From Savitreella phatthalungensis (Eukaryota): a stretch of DNA of 20,000 nt. The DNA is taken from NCBI GenBank assembly GCA_051599415.1, contig AP039693.1, positions 665,725 to 685,724 of the forward strand, written 5' to 3'. Positions within the stretch are counted from its first letter, which is position 1, and every line of letters starts with the position of its first letter. The notes beneath the pieces were generated by a model. It was not told the origin of the DNA. It ran no database searches and saw nothing but the letters and a program-made list of their open reading frames with translations. Shown one piece after another: positions 8,960-16,536 of the stretch. Both the position numbers and the translations under genes were made by a program.

Positions 8960-10180
8960 ATGCCGGTCAAGCAGGAGTCCGTCGAGCCGCTGACGAGCGT
9001 GACGACGCGGCGGACGACTTGGCGTGACGACCCAGAGACTGATCTCGACCTCTCAGGAGCCTCCAATAAGCTCTGGCTTGTCAAATTACCGAAGTTCTTG
9101 TATGATCGATGGATCGAAGCGGAGCCCGGAGCCGAAGTGGGCGCCTTGCGCATCAATGAAGCAAATCGTCGGGAGATGCGTGTCGTGCTGCCCGATGATA
9201 TGGTAGAGGGGATCGCAGAGGTACCGGCACCTCCACCACCTCCACCGATCGAGGCGTCCGAAGTGGATGATCAAAAACAATCTCCAGAAGAGGACTCGGC
9301 CACGGAGGAGGAGGGTTTACCTCCTCCCCCGGCAGTGCGGCCACGCGAGCCGATTCCACAGGAGTACTCTCTGATCATGCAGAATCAGATGGTCACAAAC
9401 ACATATGTCTTCAGTGAGCCGCCAGCTGTCGCAAGCAAGGCGCCTGGCGCCGTTGGCGACGATATCCTTCTCCGGCATCACGACGCCGAAGATAGCGACG
9501 AGGACGCACCGAAGGGCGGAGCCGCTCCGGGCTTTGCTGGTGCGGATTACGGACCGGATGGAAAGCGTCGTGCCGGCGGTCCTGATCGCACGCGACGCAA
9601 CCAGGGTGGTCAACGAATGAGAGGCAAGGTTGTGCATGAATGCCTCGTCAAGCCGGTAGATGATGAGCGATACAGGTCGTTGCTGCGCTTGCGGAACTCG
9701 ATCGGTGACAAGCCGCGCAGACAAATCAGACAGATCGATGACATGACCGGCAACCTCCTTCAGCCAGGGCAGATTGCTCCTGCTCAAGGCAGCGTGAACA
9801 AATTCATGGCCGGTGTATCTGTGTCTGGCAAGGTCAGACAGAAAGGTCGAGAGATTCACGCGCGCTTGCCAATCGATGCACTTATGGATATGATCTTTAA
9901 GTGTTTTGAGGAATACGAGTTTTGGTCGCTCAAGGCCTTCAAGCATCAGCTCAAGCAGCCGGAGTCGTATCTGAAGGAGGTACTTGAGGGCATTGCTGTT
10001 CTTCACAAACGTGGTCCAAACACAGGCAAGTGGCAGCTGAAGCAGGAGACAAAGGGCGCTATCAAGGGTCTGATGACGTTCAAGCAACAGGAGCGAGTGA
10101 CTGCAAATGGGCAAGCTGCGCCTGATGACAACATTTCGAGCGGCGAAGATGAGGACGTCGAAATGGAGGATAGGCTTTAG
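8960..10180 (+). CDS. TFG2: Transcription initiation factor IIF beta subunit (Tfg2/RAP30)
   Basis: DLDLSGASNKLWLVKLPKFLYDRW, IPQEYSL, NTYVFSE, GKVVHEC and the winged-helix tail LMDMIFKCFEEYEFWSLKAFKHQLKQPESYLKEVLEGIAVLHKRGP..GKWQLK. First ATG is at 8960; the ORF-track start at 8837 is a TTG overlapping the neighbouring gene. Confidence 0.95.
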   Translation: MPVKQESVEPLTSVTTRRTTWRDDPETDLDLSGASNKLWLVKLPKFLYDRWIEAEPGAEVGALRINEANRREMRVVLPDDMVEGIAEVPAPPPPPPIEASEVDDQKQSPEEDSATEEEGLPPPPAVRPREPIPQEYSLIMQNQMVTNTYVFSEPPAVASKAPGAVGDDILLRHHDAEDSDEDAPKGGAAPGFAGADYGPDGKRRAGGPDRTRRNQGGQRMRGKVVHECLVKPVDDERYRSLLRLRNSIGDKPRRQIRQIDDMTGNLLQPGQIAPAQGSVNKFMAGVSVSGKVRQKGREIHARLPIDALMDMIFKCFEEYEFWSLKAFKHQLKQPESYLKEVLEGIAVLHKRGPNTGKWQLKQETKGAIKGLMTFKQQERVTANGQAAPDDNISSGEDEDVEMEDRL

Positions 10181-10221
10181 AACTGTAAAAAAATTCAACT
10201 TGCGTCGAAACAGAAAGACAC

Positions 10222-10550
10222 ATGTCGTGGTTGCGGGTCACGCAGCTCCGGAGTGGTAAGAAATACCCCTGCCGAAGCACATTCATATGTACGTCGATGA
10301 CTGACTGGTCCTTGCAGCTATTGGCTTACCGCCGAAAAGCCACAAGACGCTGGCGGCACTTGGTCTTCGCCGGCGCATGGCAGTTAGATATCACAAGGTA
10401 ACACCTGAAATTACTGGTATGGTGCTCAAGGTTAAGGAGCTCGTCAAGGTCGAGCGCGTCGACAGACCGCTGAGCGCTGAGGAGGAGCACCAGCTCAGAT
10501 CTCCGCCCAAGGGCTGGACAGTGACGGGCAATATGCTTGACAGCCGCTGA
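10222..10550 (+). CDS. MRPL33: Mitochondrial ribosomal protein uL30m (MRPL33), two exons 10222-10255 and 10318-10550, 88 aa
   Basis: Splicing a 62-nt intron gives MSWLRVTQLRSAIGLPPKSHKTLAALGLRRRMAVRYHKVTPEITGMVLKVKELVKVERVDRPLSAEEEHQLRSPPKGWTVTGNMLDSR*. This carries the L30 signature RSxIG...LxALGL.R...GM..KV.ELV.VE and the fungal PPKG tail. Confidence 0.92.
10256..10317 (+). other. Spliceosomal intron of MRPL33 (62 nt, phase 1)
   Basis: 5' splice site GTAAGA at 10256, branch-like GACTGAC at 10299-10305 and 3' splice site TTGCAG ending at 10317. Removal restores the conserved RSAIGLP. Confidence 0.9.
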
Positions 10551-10612
10551 TAATTGTGCGAGAGACAATTCAGCATGATGGATGGACGACAATTCGCATT
10601 CTATTTTAGAGT

Positions 10613-11401
10613 CTATTGACCCAAGCCGAAGGAAACTAGAGCTGTGTACAGAAGGCCGCCAGCCACGACCGGGATCACCAGGTTATCATCGAGGCCGAAG
10701 ACGTCTACAAATTCGGCAAATCCAGCGATGAGACCGCCGAGTAGCGTCAGACCGAACATTGGCAACACGTTGCCTTTCCAGCAGAGCTGCGCTCCACTGC
10801 GAGTCGGCGTGACGAATGAATAGAATATCCATGTCGTGATGCTGCCGGTGATACAAGCTGCCAGAGTACCAATGAGTGATTTGTTCTTGCGTAGTTGCGG
10901 CCCGAGGTACCCATATGCTCGGCCGACTGTGCTAGCCGCGGTATCACACCAGGACAGCAGCAGAACACTCAGGCACGCAAGATCTTCAGGTAGGACCAAG
11001 AGGACTCCAATGACGCCGAAGAGGTAGAAAAGAACGCCGTTCCAGCTGCGACGCTCTCCTTCCCGCATCAGGACCCCTAATTTTCGCTCATAAAGTCGAG
11101 CAAAACTACGATTGCTGAATCGCAGCACGTCAGCGAACCCTACAATTGTCGCGAATGGTATCAGGGTCATTCCATAGTCGCGACCGCGCCAATTGGAAAG
11201 GCAGTATGCACCCACGACCACGAAGCCGATGGAGGAATGGAGGGTTTTGCGTGGAACCTCATAACGTTGAATCCAGCTGACAGGTTTCTTAGCCGCATTT
11301 CCAACAGCCTTGGCTGCAGACATCAGCGACGAGGCCCGCCGACGTCGAGTGCTGCCGCCGCTGCCGCCGTCCCTCTCAGTTTGCGTCGACCGCGAGGTCA
11401 T
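10613..11401 (-). CDS. DGK1: CTP-dependent diacylglycerol kinase
   Basis: EVPRKTLHSSIG, LMREGE...WNGV, LLSWCDTAASTVGR, KSLIG and DDNLVIPV are Dgk1 cytidylyltransferase-family motifs, with multiple TM segments. Confidence 0.92.
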   Translation of the reverse strand: MTSRSTQTERDGGSGGSTRRRRASSLMSAAKAVGNAAKKPVSWIQRYEVPRKTLHSSIGFVVVGAYCLSNWRGRDYGMTLIPFATIVGFADVLRFSNRSFARLYERKLGVLMREGERRSWNGVLFYLFGVIGVLLVLPEDLACLSVLLLSWCDTAASTVGRAYGYLGPQLRKNKSLIGTLAACITGSITTWIFYSFVTPTRSGAQLCWKGNVLPMFGLTLLGGLIAGFAEFVDVFGLDDNLVIPVVAGGLLYTALVSFGLGQ

Positions 11402-11548
11402 CTCCGCGTGTTTTGCTCACAAGCTCAGATGTGTCTTTTTTTAGCCAAAATGGGGGCCTGCATGTGACGTCGCGCGAGGACACAGATCCCGGCAAGAGTG
11501 CCGGTCCTAGCAGTCGATCAGGATGGCGTGTCACAATCGACAGACCTC

Positions 11549-12838
11549 ATGTTCGCCTTATCACTCCTCCTTATCACCATCGAGAGCGCTGGAGCCCTCT
11601 TGCATGGCGGTGATGGCTGGCTCGTGTACTCGGGATCCTCAAGGAGAGTTGAAGAGCTGCTTCATCCGGCGCTACCTGGACTACGCTCCCGACTGCGTTC
11701 GATCAATACCGCAAGCGTCAAGAGAGATGCTCCTGACAGCCTGCTACACTCTTTACGATTGACGCGTGGCATTGACACAACTCTTAACCACCAAATCACG
11801 CCGACATCAGACGTTCTTCAGAGGCCTGCTCCGTGGGGCCTGGAGCGAATTTTTCAGCGCGGAGTCATACTGGGTCGACAGGACCAAGAAGATACCATGA
11901 ATTTCGCTTATCTGTACAGCACGCAGGCTCGCGGACAGAACGTCGATGTATTCCTTCTCGATTCCGGTATTGCCTGCGGCCATGGAGATTTTGCCGGACG
12001 TACAACGTGCCCGATCCGTGCAGACATGATTCGTGGTCGTAGTTCACTGGACGACAATGGGCATGGGACTCAAGTTGCCAGCGCCATCGGTAGTACGACG
12101 CTCGGCACATGCAAGCTCTGCCACCTCTATAGCGTCAAGATCATGGACGCTCGCAACGTCGGCTATGTCGAGACTGCAATCGCGGGCGTTGAGCTGGCAA
12201 TGGAGCATATCAGAAATAGTCCGAGGAGAGCTCTCATTGTGATGCCCTTCATCTCGCCATACAATGAGGCTCTACAGGCGGCGGTCACCTATGCAGGCGC
12301 TCACAGGGTCCTCGTCGTCACTGCCTCCGGCGATGCACATCTGGTGAACCGTTGTGAAATGTCGCCGACGCGTCCGGCTATGGTTGTCTCAGGCTTTGAC
12401 ATGTCAGACATTTTCGATGCTGAGCTAGCTGGAGGCAAGTGCGTCGATATCCTTGCTCCTTCTGTCGCTATCCGTGTTTGGTCACATCTTCCACCCTACA
12501 ATGAGGCCCTGATGGTCAGTGGCTCTTCTCTCGCCACAGGATTCGCAGCCGGAGCAATGGCAAGCTGGCTTTCGCATCCCGTCGTCGCGAACATGCCTTT
12601 CGATGGCTTGCGACTGTGGCCGACGCTAATCTCAGAGCGCCACGTGCTTCGTGGTATGCCTGCTGATGGGCGAACGGCGAATGCCATTATCCGCGTGCCG
12701 AATGGCAGGTTCCTGACAGAATTCGACCAGCGAACGCAGTTCGTCCAGTGGATAGATCGCGTTCCTAGACTACTTGGACTCATGCGCCGTAGCAGAGCCA
12801 TCAAACCGTGGATGGAAGAGCCACTAGGCGAGCTCTGA
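11549..12838 (+). CDS. Secreted subtilisin-like serine protease (S8, proteinase K-like), divergent
   Basis: Signal peptide MFALSLLLITIESAGA from ATG 11549, APWGLERI, catalytic Asp in VFLLDSGI, His in DDNGHGTQVAS, GKCVDILAP, and the Ser region SGSSLATG (canonical SGTSMA). Confidence 0.85.
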   Translation: MFALSLLLITIESAGALLHGGDGWLVYSGSSRRVEELLHPALPGLRSRLRSINTASVKRDAPDSLLHSLRLTRGIDTTLNHQITPTSDVLQRPAPWGLERIFQRGVILGRQDQEDTMNFAYLYSTQARGQNVDVFLLDSGIACGHGDFAGRTTCPIRADMIRGRSSLDDNGHGTQVASAIGSTTLGTCKLCHLYSVKIMDARNVGYVETAIAGVELAMEHIRNSPRRALIVMPFISPYNEALQAAVTYAGAHRVLVVTASGDAHLVNRCEMSPTRPAMVVSGFDMSDIFDAELAGGKCVDILAPSVAIRVWSHLPPYNEALMVSGSSLATGFAAGAMASWLSHPVVANMPFDGLRLWPTLISERHVLRGMPADGRTANAIIRVPNGRFLTEFDQRTQFVQWIDRVPRLLGLMRRSRAIKPWMEEPLGEL

Positions 12839-12936
12839 CCTCAAGGTTGCCAATGCTAGCGCGGCAAAATCGATCAATAATTTACCGTCATGCAAATTGA
12901 CCATGATAATCTTGAAAAGGACGTGCAAAAAATTGC

Positions 12937-12943
12937 AAAAAAA
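12937..12943 (-). terminator. RNA polymerase III terminator (T7) of tRNA-Asp
   Basis: Seven A on the + strand (T7 on the - strand) three nt after the discriminator; a second T-run follows shortly downstream. Confidence 0.8.
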
Positions 12944-12946
12944 GTG

Positions 12947-13038
12947 CTCTCCTGCCGGGAGTCGAACCCGGGTCGCCCGCGAAATTGCTCATCATATCAC
13001 CTGACAAGCGGGAATCTTGACCGTTGGACCACAGAAGA
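12947..13038 (-). tRNA. tRNA-Asp(GUC) with a 20-nt canonical-position intron (12982-13001)
   Basis: Reverse complement folds as acceptor TCTTCTG/CAGGAGA with discriminator G, D-arm TGGTCCAACGGTCAAGAT, anticodon stem CCCGC/GCGGG with TT-GTC-A, intron after position 37, and T-arm CCGGG-TTCGACT-CCCGG. Mature length is 72 nt. Confidence 0.93.
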
Positions 13039-13075
13039 TGTCGAACAATTCTAAAAAGATCGGTATCTGATCGTG

Positions 13076-13996
13076 TCAATCGACTGGCCACGGAAGCGCA
13101 CCGTCGAAGAGACGCACCCCGTCGGCTGGACACCAAGCAATCAATCCAGCAACCTGGACACCGGCACTGTACAGGTAAGGATGCCATCTCCTCGCTGGAT
13201 TCCGCTTGAGCCTCTTGTTTCTTAGCTGCGGATCCCTGCAGCCATAAAGATCTTGCGCAAATGCGTTGACAGCATGCAGTGCCTCGCCCGCAGCTCGCTG
13301 TGCTGTAAGCGCGTCTGACTGATCGGATTCCTGGCCATAGTCGATGCCAATGTACTGGAAATGTCTCTCAGCAAAGCGGACTGCTTTGCGATGCAACTGA
13401 AAGAAGCGCGCCTCCTTGAAAGCGAAGCCGACAACAGTGATCCGGACAGGCCATCGCCCGGTGTACTCGTGGAAGCGCGCTATCGAGAACATCAGGTTTT
13501 CGTACGAATCTCGCGCGAAAGTTTCGGTTGTCGCACTTGATAATTGTCCGTGTCGTGTCTCGGCCACCTGCATGTAGCCTCCAGCCTCCGTTCGACCCTC
13601 CGATTTGTCGCGCGTCTGGCCACCGGAGAAGATTAGCAAAGCTTGAGGGTCCTGAAGCGTGACGTTGACGCCTGCATCAATGTGCGCCAGATACGCCCTC
13701 GTGTCAATCTCAGTTTGTTCGGCCGTCAGAAGCCAGTTGTTCAAGTTGGAAATTGGGTTTGCGAAGGCGCCGAGGTAGATGGCATGACAGGGTACCATGA
13801 CCAGATGCGTCAGAGTGGGTGCGATGGGTTTTGGGAGTTGGTAGATCTCCTCACGAGGCCGATCACGCTGGCCGCGTCCATGAAAGAAGACAAACAGGCT
13901 CGCGACAATGGTGCCAGCTACAAGCAGTCTGAGCGTCCGCGACCGTTTACCGCCCCGCGTTTGTTCCAAGCCGGAAAGCGAGATTTTTAACGCCAT
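13076..13996 (-). CDS. DUF218/ElyC-like fold protein with N-terminal TM anchor (YOR238W-like family)
   Basis: HLVMVPCHAIY, LLIFSGGQT, TEAGGY, ETFARDSYENLMFSIARF, ITVVGFAFKEARF...H, DLYGC...KRLKRNP and a terminal LPW. Confidence 0.8.
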   Translation of the reverse strand: MALKISLSGLEQTRGGKRSRTLRLLVAGTIVASLFVFFHGRGQRDRPREEIYQLPKPIAPTLTHLVMVPCHAIYLGAFANPISNLNNWLLTAEQTEIDTRAYLAHIDAGVNVTLQDPQALLIFSGGQTRDKSEGRTEAGGYMQVAETRHGQLSSATTETFARDSYENLMFSIARFHEYTGRWPVRITVVGFAFKEARFFQLHRKAVRFAERHFQYIGIDYGQESDQSDALTAQRAAGEALHAVNAFAQDLYGCRDPQLRNKRLKRNPARRWHPYLYSAGVQVAGLIAWCPADGVRLFDGALPWPVD

Positions 13997-14107
13997 GCTG
14001 TCATGCTATGTGATCATCTCCAGTACTCTGATAACGCATTCCGCATAGAGGTCTCACACATAGTGCCATAAATTTATGTCACGAATTGCACGGCTTTTAC
14101 GATTTAG

Positions 14108-15346
14108 CTATGCTTTCCTGTCTGTTCGCGCGCTCGGGAGTGACTCCCAATATTGTGCATTATCAAGGGTGTACCATTTGATCCAGTCGATGCTCATCGC
14201 ACGGTCGAGAGACTGCGGCCACGATGAGTACCACTTGTGCTTCCCCGTCCAGAAGTCCCGCATCGCCTGGTAGGGCTGACCACCGCGCGAATTGCTGTAT
14301 GGCGCATTCACAATTGTGTTATCCGGGATCCATCCATTCGTGCCGGCCACAGCGACGTTCAGAATGAGATAGAAACTTTGATCGAATGGAGCACATTTAA
14401 GGCCACTGTTGCGCCATGGATTGTCCAGCACGGCGCCCGAACCATCGACGAGTGGGAGCAGCGCGTTATTGAACGGATTGCCATGAAAGTCGAACGAGTT
14501 CATCTTGTACAACGGGCTGTCCACGTACATATGAATACTCTGGGGTGTCCACTCGATACCAAATGTGTGATATTTCTCCGCGAAAGTGGTCCGAGGCCAG
14601 CACGACAAGTGTGATCCTCCTTTAAAGGTCGCAAACGTCTCCTGACCCACAGGCGCCCAATGTAGTGAGGTTGTGACGCAGTTGCTGCCGACAAAGCTGA
14701 AAGGTTGTTCTGGAATATGACCGTGACCCTCGAAGATGTCAATCTCTCCGGACGCGGGCCACTCGCCGTAGACACTGTCGGTCGGCATCATCCACACCGC
14801 CGGCCACAAATACTCGCCTATCGGCATCTTGGCGCGGATCTCAATTTTCCCGAATCGCAGCTCTCGTTTGCCCTTTGTGATCAAGCGAGCGCTCTGGACT
14901 GGGTTGATGATCTGGGCTGTCGAGCTGTTAAAGCGAGTCACGCAATCGCTTTCAGTATAAGGGACTGTGCACCTGCCTTCTGCCGTCAGATTCACGAACG
15001 ATCCATCCTGCTGCGGCGGCCAGAGAGTCACCGTCGGGTAAATGTGGAGCTTGCCATCGCGTATGAAGCTGTTGTTATCATAATCTGTGGTCCAATCAAA
15101 GGTCTGGACACCGTAGCCACCAACGGACACCTCACGGGTGAATGCGTCCAACAAATCTATCTGGTCGAAATCGTCGTGCCACTTGAGTGTGTACTTGTGC
15201 TTCGGTACATCGCAGTATCCAAGGTAGCCCATGAAGATCGTCATGAGCAATCCAATTCCGCACGCAAGCGCCGGAAGCGCGCGCGCGACACGCTCAGTCC
15301 GTGGACGTGGACGATCGAGCCATGGCTTCGACATGGATCTCGACAC
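14108..15346 (-). CDS. Glycoside hydrolase family 16 (beta-1,3-glucanase / glucan-binding protein type), N-terminal TM anchor
   Basis: DDFD, FDWTT...NSFIRDGKLHIYPT, IINPVQSARL, FGKIEIRAKMPIGEYLWPAVWMMP...YGEWPASGEIDIFEGHG (EIDxxE intact), APFDQSFYLILNVAVAGTNGW and MSIDWIK. Confidence 0.93.
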   Translation of the reverse strand: MSRSMSKPWLDRPRPRTERVARALPALACGIGLLMTIFMGYLGYCDVPKHKYTLKWHDDFDQIDLLDAFTREVSVGGYGVQTFDWTTDYDNNSFIRDGKLHIYPTVTLWPPQQDGSFVNLTAEGRCTVPYTESDCVTRFNSSTAQIINPVQSARLITKGKRELRFGKIEIRAKMPIGEYLWPAVWMMPTDSVYGEWPASGEIDIFEGHGHIPEQPFSFVGSNCVTTSLHWAPVGQETFATFKGGSHLSCWPRTTFAEKYHTFGIEWTPQSIHMYVDSPLYKMNSFDFHGNPFNNALLPLVDGSGAVLDNPWRNSGLKCAPFDQSFYLILNVAVAGTNGWIPDNTIVNAPYSNSRGGQPYQAMRDFWTGKHKWYSSWPQSLDRAMSIDWIKWYTLDNAQYWESLPSARTDRKA

Positions 15347-15431
15347 AAGCTTGGCTCAATGCTCGCCATTATATTTCTCGGTATTCCGGGAACAATGTCA
15401 AATGGCTTCGAAGAACCAAATTCGTATCAGC

Positions 15432-16418
15432 TCAACATTCCACGACCTGAAGAACAAGATCCAGCCGATCAAGTATGCAATCAGCAATATACCAAAACTG
15501 TCGGAGATCGCGCAACCTCTCGATGCCTTGTCGCAGGCGCTCGCGTGCATTCTCTCTCTGTAGAGCTGTGACCGCATTGGCGTGAACGACGATGGCCAGT
15601 GAGAGTGAACAGCTGCGCTGGAATAAGAACATGTCTGGATCATCAGCGTCCACGATCGAATCTGCCGCCTCCAAGCAGCGGACGAGCGCCGCCAGGTTGC
15701 CCTGACCTTGAATATCATCGCGTAGAAGACCACAGGCAGGTGACTGAATGAGGAAAGGTAGCTGTAGCTGCGCTGCAGGCGCATCCATAAGAATCGCGAT
15801 CGTCGCGCGATAGAGCTCGGCTCGTGGAGAGCCGATGACAGCTGGTAGCTCAATGTCCTTCTCACCAAGCAGGTGTCTCCGTAATGTATCGACCACCTCC
15901 ACGATCTCTTCGGGCTGATGAAGCTTGAACGGAAGCAAGCAGGTCTGTCGACCGCAGAAGGCGTGAAACATCTTGTCGTTGATCCAAAGCTCGACCAAAG
16001 TCGGAGTGATGTGACCGGAGTAGTCTGCGAGTTCGACTGCGCGCTCGAGAACCTGCATGGCTTCTGTCCGCTGCGCGCGCGAGAATAAGAGGAGTGCATG
16101 CAGAAGGAGATGCGCGACGTCATCTGTCAGAGAATCTTCCGAGGCGACGACTTCCTCATCGGTAGGCAAACGCTTCGTCAGAGCGAGCATGGTAGCCATC
16201 AGCTGCGTCGGTGGCGGCCAGGCTGGCGCAAATGGGAACGCTCGCACGAAGTCATCGTATTGTGCAGGTCGCCTGTGACGAGCGCCTCCCCGATGGTGCT
16301 TGACGAACTCGCACGTGAGGCCACGCGATAGACAGGTTTTGCATGGTGCCGCGCCGGAGCAACGTGCTTTGCGTCGCCGACACTCCAAGCACGCAGCGCG
16401 GACGACATGGGTCTTCAT
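15432..16418 (-). CDS. Zn(II)2Cys6 (Gal4-type) transcription factor
   Basis: N-terminal ACLECRRRKARCSGAAPCKTCLSRGLTC matches C-x2-C-x6-C-x5-C-x2-C-x6-C, followed by a basic segment. The protein is 328 aa. Confidence 0.88.
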   Translation of the reverse strand: MKTHVVRAACLECRRRKARCSGAAPCKTCLSRGLTCEFVKHHRGGARHRRPAQYDDFVRAFPFAPAWPPPTQLMATMLALTKRLPTDEEVVASEDSLTDDVAHLLLHALLLFSRAQRTEAMQVLERAVELADYSGHITPTLVELWINDKMFHAFCGRQTCLLPFKLHQPEEIVEVVDTLRRHLLGEKDIELPAVIGSPRAELYRATIAILMDAPAAQLQLPFLIQSPACGLLRDDIQGQGNLAALVRCLEAADSIVDADDPDMFLFQRSCSLSLAIVVHANAVTALQRENARERLRQGIERLRDLRQFWYIADCILDRLDLVLQVVEC

Positions 16419-16536
16419 CGCATCAAGAAGAAGACTGAGACTTGAAGCTGGTATTTTGAACGTGCAATACGACTAATACCGAACAAGCACTGGGCGAGAG
16501 CTGGATGAAAGTCATGTTCTAGGTCTATCTAGTTTT

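Noticed and set aside
1890..10180. GPN1 and TFG2 as a functional RNA polymerase II gene cluster
   Set aside because: They are separated by four unrelated genes; proximity of two housekeeping genes in a compact genome is unremarkable without synteny evidence.
9317..10198. 293-aa - strand ORF
   Set aside because: Antisense shadow of TFG2.
10326..10592. 88-aa and 61-aa - strand ORFs between TFG2 and DGK1
   Set aside because: Antisense to MRPL33 exon 2, which explains the region.
14705..16123. 288-aa + ORF (14705-15571) and 241-aa - ORF (15398-16123)
   Set aside because: They overlap the GH16 gene antisense and the Zn2Cys6 gene in an alternative frame, with no recognisable features; such ORFs are expected in GC-rich DNA.
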